A stretch of DNA of 36,095 nt from Candidatus Eiseniibacteriota bacterium (GTDB lineage: Bacteria > Eisenbacteria > RBG-16-71-46 > CAZEPH01): positions 1 through 36,095 of the forward strand of contig JBGATO010000039.1 in the NCBI GenBank assembly GCA_044229145.1. The letters are read 5' to 3'. Below the pieces are notes generated by a model. That model worked only from the letters and a program-made list of their open reading frames with translations, ran no database searches and had not been told where the DNA came from. Both the position numbers and the translations under genes were made by a program. This document shows positions 29,389 through 36,095 of this stretch, piece after piece (the first letter of the stretch is position 1; each line of letters starts with the position of its first letter).

Positions 29389-30545
29389 CTACCGGCTCCT
29401 TTCCCCTTCGAGTAACGCCGCCGTCTCCGCGACCATGCGGCGACGATCGAATCGCTCCGTGGCACGCTGATGCCCCGCGGCGGCGAATCGCCCGCGCAGC
29501 GCCGCATCGCCGGCCAGACGGCCCAGCGCGGCGGCGAGCGCCGTGACGTCTTCCGACGGCACCAGCATGCCGGTGACGCCGTCCTCCACCACTTCGTCCA
29601 CCGCCCCGACCCGCGTCGCGCGCACTGCGCGGCGCGCGCCGCCATCGCCTCGATGGCGACGGTCGGCGTGGTCATCGACCACCGGCCGCGACGCCAGCAC
29701 GAGCACGTCGCACGCCGCCAGCAGCGCCGGCACGTCCTCGCGGCGGCCCAGGAAGCGCACCGCATCACCGAGCGCGAGGCGTGCCGCCTGCTGCTCCAGC
29801 GCCGCGCGTTGCGCGCCTTCGCCGGCGAGCAGCAATCGCAGCGCCGGTTGGGCCGCGCGCGCCGCCGCGAACGCTCTTTGAGCAGCACGTCGTGTCCTTC
29901 TCGGACGCAGCTGCGCCACGCAGAGCAACGCCACCGGCATCACCGCCGAGGCCGAGCGCGCCGCGTCACCGCGCGCAGCGTCTCATCCTCTCCCGCCGCG
30001 CCGAAGCGCGCCAGGTCGATCCCCAGCCGCACCACGTGCACCGGCGGCCGGCGCAGCCCTTCGTCGTCGCACAGACGCCGCCGCTGCCCTTCGGCCACCG
30101 CCACTACGCCGGTCGCGCGCAGCGCCTGCCGTCACCGGACCGATGCTCGCCGTCCGCCCCACTGCCCCATCGTGTGGAACGCCACCAGCCGCCGCGGCAC
30201 CTGCGTCCACGCCGCCGCCGGCAGCGCCATCGCCGCCGCGTTCTGGTGGTCGAGACAGTACACCGCCGCGGGCCGCGTGTCCGCGCAGCGTCGCGCGAAT
30301 CGCGCCGCCCCCGCGACCCGGCGCAGCGGTGAGGTGCCTGCCCAGCCAGCCTCCTCCGTCACCCCGGCGTCGCGCAGCGCCTCGCCGATCGCGCCGGCGC
30401 CGCGCAGCGTCACCACCCGTGGCCGCCAGCCATGGGCCGGCAGTCCGCGCACCAATTCCTCGACCGCACGCTCGGCGCCGCCGACCACCAGCGTCGACGC
30501 GACGAAGATGACCTCGCGCTCACCGCCGCGTGCGGAGGTAGGCAT
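29389..30545 (-). pseudogene. Glycosyltransferase family 4, multiply frameshifted (pseudogene or assembly indels)
   Basis: N-part VIFVASTLVVGGAERAV (frame 30132..30686); C-part VRFLGRREDVPALLAACDVLVLAS and VEDGVTGMLVP (frame 29389..29943); IEAMAA falls in another frame (29364..29888). Confidence 0.8.
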
Positions 30546-31716
30546 AGGCCCGCAGCAGTTCGATCCGCGTGTAGTCCCACGACAGCTTCTCGCGCAACCG
30601 GACGCGGTTCTTCTCGCCCATCGTCGCGCGCCGCGCCGGATCGTCGAGCAGTTCGACGATCTTCTGGGCGAAGTCGCGTTCGTCATTGGGCGTCGCGTAC
30701 ACCGCGCCGTCTTGCGCCGAGAAGCGCGATTCCTTCAGGTCGAACGACACGATGGGCAAGCCCACCGCCATGTACTCGAGGATCTTGTTCATCGTCGAGA
30801 CGTCGTTCAGTTCGTTCTTGGGGTCCGGCGCCACGCCGAGGTCCGCGGACGACAGATAGCGCTGGAGGTCGATGTCCGGGATGCGGCCGGTGAAGTGCAC
30901 GTACTCGGCGAGTCCCGCGTCCTCCGCCATCTTCTTGAGATCGTGCCACGAGTCGCCGCCGCCGATCAGCACGAAGCGGATGTCGCGGCGCCCGCAATCG
31001 TGCACGACGTGGCCGATCGAGCGAATGAGATAGTCGACGCCGTCCTGCGGCGCCATCACGCCGAGATAGGTCACCAGGTACTGCTTGCCCTCGCGCAGCG
31101 ACGGCTCCGGCGGCACCGCGTGGAACTTCGCGAGGTCCGGCGCGCTGCGCACCACGAACACGCGGTCGCCCGGCTTGCCGCCACGCGTCATCGCCACCTC
31201 GCGATACGATTCGTTGGTGGCGAGCACGATGTCGGCGGTGCCGTAGGTTTGCGCCTCGAGCAGGAACAACAGCCGCGGAATCAGTCCTTCGCGCGTGCCG
31301 AAACGTGACATGAAGACCTCGGGACACAAATCGTGCTGGTCGAACACGAACTTCTTCCCGAGAAACTTGTAGAGCCGCGCCAGAGTGAAGTAGATGTCCG
31401 GCGGATTCGCGGTGTGGATGATGTCGAACCCATGACGCGCGAACACCACGAGCGAGAGCAGCGCGGTGGCCGCCCACGAGTAGCTGTACTCCCACACGTA
31501 CGCTAGCTTGCCGTGCGCCTCGGCGGGCGGCGGGTAGCGGTAGATGTGGACGCCGTCGAGATTCTCGTACGCCTTCTGCCACTGCTGGCCCTTGGGGCAG
31601 ATGACGGCGACCTGATAGCCGCCGTCGCGCAGCGTCTGCGCTTCCTGCCACATGCGCCGGTCGAACGGAACCGTGAGGTTCTCGACCAGCATGAGGACCT
31701 TACCAGCAGAGGCCAA
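30520..31716 (-). CDS. Glycosyltransferase family 4
   Basis: VLMLVENLTVPFDRR, DQHDLCPE, YLGVMAPQDGVD, STMNKILEYMAVG. Confidence 0.92.
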   Translation of the reverse strand: MASAGKVLMLVENLTVPFDRRMWQEAQTLRDGGYQVAVICPKGQQWQKAYENLDGVHIYRYPPPAEAHGKLAYVWEYSYSWAATALLSLVVFARHGFDIIHTANPPDIYFTLARLYKFLGKKFVFDQHDLCPEVFMSRFGTREGLIPRLLFLLEAQTYGTADIVLATNESYREVAMTRGGKPGDRVFVVRSAPDLAKFHAVPPEPSLREGKQYLVTYLGVMAPQDGVDYLIRSIGHVVHDCGRRDIRFVLIGGGDSWHDLKKMAEDAGLAEYVHFTGRIPDIDLQRYLSSADLGVAPDPKNELNDVSTMNKILEYMAVGLPIVSFDLKESRFSAQDGAVYATPNDERDFAQKIVELLDDPARRATMGEKNRVRLREKLSWDYTRIELLRAYAYLRTRR

Positions 31717-33016
31717 CGTACTTGCCCGCTGTGGTCTGAGGGGTCTCGGCGATCCGCACCAAGTCGACGAGCGACTGGTCCGGGCGCAGGCGCGCGAGGA
31801 CGTCCGCGTACTCGGCGCTCTTGTTGGCGACCACCAGGACCTCCGCCCAGTCGGTCACCGACGCCAGTTCGGGCTGCAACACCTGCGGGATGTAGGGCAC
31901 CTCCTCCTCGAGGAACTGCTTGTTCGCGCCGATGATGCGCGACATCTCGACGTTGGTGTCGTGCACGCGCAACTCGTAGCCCTTGCCCACCAGCGCCTCG
32001 ACCACCTGGATGATCGGCGACTCGCGCAGGTCGTCGGTCTCCGCCTTGAACGACAGGCCGAGGATACCGATCTTCTTGCGCCGCAGCTTCTCGATCGTCT
32101 TCATCGCCAGCTGCACTTGGTGCGCGTTGCTCGGCAGGATGGACTCGAGCACCGGCGACTTGAGACCGCGCTGCCGCAGCCGGTAGGTGATCGCCCGCAC
32201 GTCCTTCGGCAAGCACGAGCCACCGAACGCGAAACCGGGCTTGAGATAGTACGGCGAGAGATTGAGCTTGGTGTCTTCGCAGAAGATCCGCATGACCTCG
32301 TGCGAGTCGATGCTCTCGGCCTTGCACAGATTGCCGATCTCGTTGCCGAAGCACACCTTCAGCGCATGCCAGGTGTTCGACACGTACTTCATCATCTCGG
32401 CGGCGCGGATGTGCGTGGTGAACAGCGGCGCCTCGAGGCCGGCGTAGAGTTCGCGGGCGACCTGCTCGGCGCGCGGGTCGCTGACGCCGACCACGGTGAG
32501 CGGCGGGCCGAAGAAGTCGGCGACCGCGGTGCCCTCGCGCAGGAACTCGGGGTTGTAGCAGACGCCAAGGTCGGCGCCAACGTGGCGGCCGCTGGCGCTC
32601 TCGAGCAGCGGGACGATCTCTTCCTCGACGCTGCCCGGCAGCATGGTGCTGCGCACCACGAGGACGTGGTAGTCCGGCATGTGCGCGAGCGTCGCCCCGA
32701 TCTTCTGCGTCATGCGGCGCACGTGGCCGAGATCGAGCGAGCCGTTCTCGGCGCTCGGCGTGCCGACGCAGACGATCGACGCCTGCGCGCCGCGCAGCGC
32801 TTCCTCGTAGTTGTCGGTAGCGGTCAGGCGGCCCGCGGCGACCGCTTCGCCGATCAGTTCGCCGAGTTGCTTCTCGACGATCGGCGACTGGCCGCTGGCG
32901 ATGCGGTCGACCTTGAACCGGTTGATGTCGACACCGACGACCTGGTGCCCCAACTTCGCGAAGCACGCCGACGACACCGACCCGACGTACCCCAATCCGA
33001 AGACGGCAAGCTTCAT
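31700..33016 (-). CDS. Nucleotide-sugar 6-dehydrogenase, GDP-mannose dehydrogenase (AlgD)-like
   Basis: MKLAVFGLGYVG, CVGTPS, NPEFLREGTA, YLKPGFAFGGSCLPKD (catalytic Cys), GLSFKAETDDLRESP; 438 aa; RBS GGAGG. Confidence 0.92.
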   Translation of the reverse strand: MKLAVFGLGYVGSVSSACFAKLGHQVVGVDINRFKVDRIASGQSPIVEKQLGELIGEAVAAGRLTATDNYEEALRGAQASIVCVGTPSAENGSLDLGHVRRMTQKIGATLAHMPDYHVLVVRSTMLPGSVEEEIVPLLESASGRHVGADLGVCYNPEFLREGTAVADFFGPPLTVVGVSDPRAEQVARELYAGLEAPLFTTHIRAAEMMKYVSNTWHALKVCFGNEIGNLCKAESIDSHEVMRIFCEDTKLNLSPYYLKPGFAFGGSCLPKDVRAITYRLRQRGLKSPVLESILPSNAHQVQLAMKTIEKLRRKKIGILGLSFKAETDDLRESPIIQVVEALVGKGYELRVHDTNVEMSRIIGANKQFLEEEVPYIPQVLQPELASVTDWAEVLVVANKSAEYADVLARLRPDQSLVDLVRIAETPQTTAGKYVGLCW

Positions 33017-33346
33017 GGGTGGTGCTGATCCTCCGTCGATCGGGCGGTCGCGGCGGCGGCGCGTGCGATGCGCGCCGCGGCGGCGGGTCCCGCCCCCACG
33101 TCCTGGTGGCCTCGCCTCGCGCGGTGGACGCGCGGCGGCGGCGCCTCCGCCGGGTGCGGAGGCCGTGCTCTCCCGTTGTCGGCACCCCCACGGGAGGAGG
33201 CCAGCGGAACCCCGTCCACACCGGACCGGCTGGGAATCGCAAACCCGTCCGTGCGCGGCGCACCGCTCATCGAGCGCGGAAGCATACACCAGGGGGTGCG
33301 GGCCGGGGCCGGGAAACCAGGGGGCCGAGCAGGCCGGCCGGGCGCC

Positions 33347-34340
33347 TCAGCTTCGCGTGCGCCGCGCCTGCGCCGCCTGCCACGAGTAACACGCGAAGCC
33401 CCACAGCACGAACGGCACCGTCACCACGAGCCGGAAGGCCAGCGCGGTCGCGTGCGCGGTGGCCGCGCCGACGCCGTAATAGTGCGCCAGCAGCGTGCTG
33501 ACCGTGAGCTCCAGCACCCCGAGGCCGAGCGGCACCAGCGACACGATCCCGGCGATGTATGGCACGAAGAATCCGAGTCCCATGCCGGTCCACGGAAACG
33601 CTGGCGCCCCGAGCACGCGCACCAACAGCACGAACTGCGCGCCGGTCAGCAACCACATCGCACACGAGGTCGCGGCCGAGAGCACGGCGATGCGCGGGAT
33701 GCGCGCCAACCCGCCGGTGGCGCTGGCGAGCGCCGCGAGGCGACCCCGCACACCGGGCGCCGACGGGCCTCCCCCGGTGCCGGCGGGTACCGCATGACCC
33801 GCCCCGCCCCGCGCGCCGCCAGACGGATCGCGACGCCACGGCGGCAGCGGCGCGCCTTCGATCGCGTGCGTTCGCGCGGGCGTGGAAGTGAACCGCGCAA
33901 CGCCGCCGCCGCGAAACCGGCGAGCGCGAGCAGATCGTGAATCTTTTCGTAGAGCACGGTCGCGAGGCCGACGCGGCGCGAGATGCCGAGCAGGAAGCCG
34001 CGGCTCACCCTGCGCCGCTGGTGCCCGGCGTCACCAAGCCCCAGAAGAATCCTGCCGAGACCGGCACCAATAAGCGGCTTCGCGGCACCTCGACACCGCA
34101 CGCCGCGAGCAGGGCATGCCAGCGCAACAGCTTGAGAATCGGAATTGCCGCACTCAGCACCAGCACCGCGGCCACCGTGGACGGCGTGAGGCGCCGCAAC
34201 ATCGGCAGCGCCTCGGTCATGCCGCTGCGCGAGAGGAAGATGCCGAAGGCCACCGCACCGGCCACCCAGACGAAGACCGTCTTCCAGGTCAGGCGGGCGC
34301 CTGGCGCGGCGGGCGCGGGGTGCGGCGTCGGCTCGGTCAT
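33347..34340 (-). pseudogene. UPF0104/LPG-synthase-TM flippase-like membrane protein, frameshifted
   Basis: LKLLRWHALL, GLVTPG (frame 34005..34340); ATVLYEKIHDLLAL (frame 33646..34704); SLVPLGLGVLE..AFRL (frame 33347..33751). Confidence 0.75.
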
Positions 34341-36095
34341 GACCGCGCGGTTCCCGGCCGCGCACTGCCGACGATCCGGTCATCCACCGCGGCGCTCGCC
34401 CATCGCCACGTCCACGACGCGCCCTGACGCACGGTGCGCTGGCGCACCGCGAAGTCGCCGTGGCCGCGCGCCGAGATGTGGGGATCTTCGTCGGCCGCCA
34501 CGTGCCGGCAGCGCACCGACATCGTCGCGCCGCGCAGCGGCAGTGACTCGATCGGGTACGCCAGCGTCCACGCACGCGACTCCGGCTCGGGGCCAAGGAC
34601 GATCCACCACTCGTCGTCGCCGCCGTCGGCGCGACGCACCACGAGGCGGATGCCGCGCGGGCCGGTGACCTCGGCGCGTTCGAGACGGGCAGGCGGTTCG
34701 CCATCGGCCGGCGTGGCGATCAGCGTGGCGACGCACACCGGTAGCGCGGCGCGCACGCTGGCGCGCACCACCCAGCCCGGCTGCACCGCGTTGTAGTGCG
34801 GCGACAGCCAGCCGTCGAGCGGCTCGCGCTGGCCACGCACGCTCTCCCACCGCAGACGATCGCTCAGCGTGCCGCCGCCGAGCGACAGCGCGCGCGCGGT
34901 GAGCGTGGCGCGCCCGCCGTCGGCGGTGCACGCCTCGACGACATCGGTCTCCGGCGTCACCGGCGACGCGGCGCTCCACGCCGCGCCCATCGGCCACGAC
35001 ACCGTGACGGTGTGGCTGTCGCTGCCCTCGACGAGGTCGACGACGAGCGCGTAGCCGGCGGCATCGAGATGCACGCGGCGCCGCACCCGCGCGGCGACGC
35101 CGCGGTAGCCGTCGTGCGCGCCTTCCGCCGCGCCCCATTCGCCATCGCCCGAGACGAAGAGCGTGTCGGCCTGGTAGCGGCTGCCCCACAGGAACGACCC
35201 GCGCATCTCGGCGCAGTCGGTCCAGTCGAGCATCACGGTGGCGTGGGCGCGGGTGCTGCGGAAGTAGTCGCGTTCGGCGCGCCGCGCCGGCGCGTAGCTG
35301 CCGGTGCCGGGATCGACGATGACTGGACGGCCGTGCGCGTGAAGCCACAGCGCGAGCGGATCGGCGTGCCCATGCGCGGCGATCGACAGGTAGCCGAGCG
35401 GACCGGTGTCCATGCCGAGCGTGAGGTCCGCGCCGGCGTGCAGGACGCAGACGCCACCGTCGCGGAAGCCCTGCGCGGCGTCGCGCTCGCCTGCCGGCAC
35501 TGCCTCGGCGCGCGTGCGGCCGAGCAGCCAGAATGCCGGTTCGTCGAGCCCGCCTTCGCACAAACCTTCGGGATCGGCGAGGGGCGCGAGCGTGCCATCG
35601 CCCACGCGTTCGGCGATCAGGCGGCCGAGCACGCGCGGCATGGCGAGTGGCGGCGCGCCGAGCGGCAGCGCGACCGCATCGTCGGAGTCGCCGAGATCGG
35701 GCAACCCGCCGTGCGCGTCGGCGAGGCCGCGCAGGAACCGCGCGGCGGCGGCGGCGCGCGTCCACAGCACCGCCGGAACGTCGTCACCCGCGCGTTCGGC
35801 GGCGAGGGCGCTGAGCACCGCCAGTTCGAGCGTGAAGCACAGGTAGTGCACGCTCTGCTCGGCGCCGACGCCGTCCGCGTGGATTTGCTTGTCGATCTCC
35901 GCCGCCAGCGCGTCGAGAGCGGCGCGGCGCAGGCGCGCGGCGTGCGGCAACTCGGGGAATACGCACGGGACGATGGCCTCGGCGGCGAGTTCGCCCACCA
36001 AATGATTGTTGGCCGACGAGAACGCCGAGCGGTTGCGCCGCACGTAGCCGAGCATCGCGGCGATCGCGGCACCCCACGTCTCGCGCTGGGCGTCG
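34337..36095 (-). CDS. Heparinase II/III-family protein (5' end outside window)
   Basis: SANNHLVGE, DGVGAEQSVHY, GDSDD, AAHGHAD, VDPGTGSY, FRSTRAHAT, HDGY; stop overlaps the next start. Confidence 0.88.
   Translation of the reverse strand, partial: DAQRETWGAAIAAMLGYVRRNRSAFSSANNHLVGELAAEAIVPCVFPELPHAARLRRAALDALAAEIDKQIHADGVGAEQSVHYLCFTLELAVLSALAAERAGDDVPAVLWTRAAAAARFLRGLADAHGGLPDLGDSDDAVALPLGAPPLAMPRVLGRLIAERVGDGTLAPLADPEGLCEGGLDEPAFWLLGRTRAEAVPAGERDAAQGFRDGGVCVLHAGADLTLGMDTGPLGYLSIAAHGHADPLALWLHAHGRPVIVDPGTGSYAPARRAERDYFRSTRAHATVMLDWTDCAEMRGSFLWGSRYQADTLFVSGDGEWGAAEGAHDGYRGVAARVRRRVHLDAAGYALVVDLVEGSDSHTVTVSWPMGAAWSAASPVTPETDVVEACTADGGRATLTARALSLGGGTLSDRLRWESVRGQREPLDGWLSPHYNAVQPGWVVRASVRAALPVCVATLIATPADGEPPARLERAEVTGPRGIRLVVRRADGGDDEWWIVLGPEPESRAWTLAYPIESLPLRGATMSVRCRHVAADEDPHISARGHGDFAVRQRTVRQGASWTWRWASAAVDDRIVGSARPGTARS

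Noticed and set aside
31700..33016. Alginate biosynthesis operon
   Set aside because: No GT2 synthase, PilZ co-polymerase, epimerase or AlgE-like export gene in the window; neighbours are GT4s.

Overview
Very GC-rich (roughly 70% or more by eye) chromosomal window from a diderm bacterium, judged from the outer-membrane beta-barrels, lipoproteins and SPOR protein. The taxon cannot be fixed from sequence alone. Most ORFs in the supplied track are GC-driven shadow frames. Left to right: a truncated multi-TM probable sensor; a sigma54-driven PAS-GGDEF(degenerate)-EAL phosphodiesterase; an ABC ATPase with a frameshifted permease-like gene and kbl; a divergent unknown protein, lysC, a FadL/PorV/TraF-like barrel and a lipoprotein; a PAS histidine kinase with a REC-PAS-GGDEF(degenerate)-EAL paralog; a membrane-anchored Cys-rich protein; glgA with a ~175-aa Lys/Ala/Pro tail and galT; a GlmU-like gene (frameshifted), SPOR lipoprotein, manC and thrE; two tandem small OMPs; and the end of a surface-polysaccharide locus (heparinase II/III-like, UPF0104 flippase-like, AlgD-like dehydrogenase, four GT4s, radical SAM/SPASM, apparently inactive GH20-like protein). 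No rRNA, tRNA, CRISPR or mobile element was recognised. Best leads: the histone/PhaM-like tail on glycogen synthase, the GH20 pseudo-enzyme, the sigma54 promoter with paired enhancer sites on a duplicated c-di-GMP phosphodiesterase, and the orphan protein between kbl and lysC. All calls are by-eye motif recognition; no searches were run.
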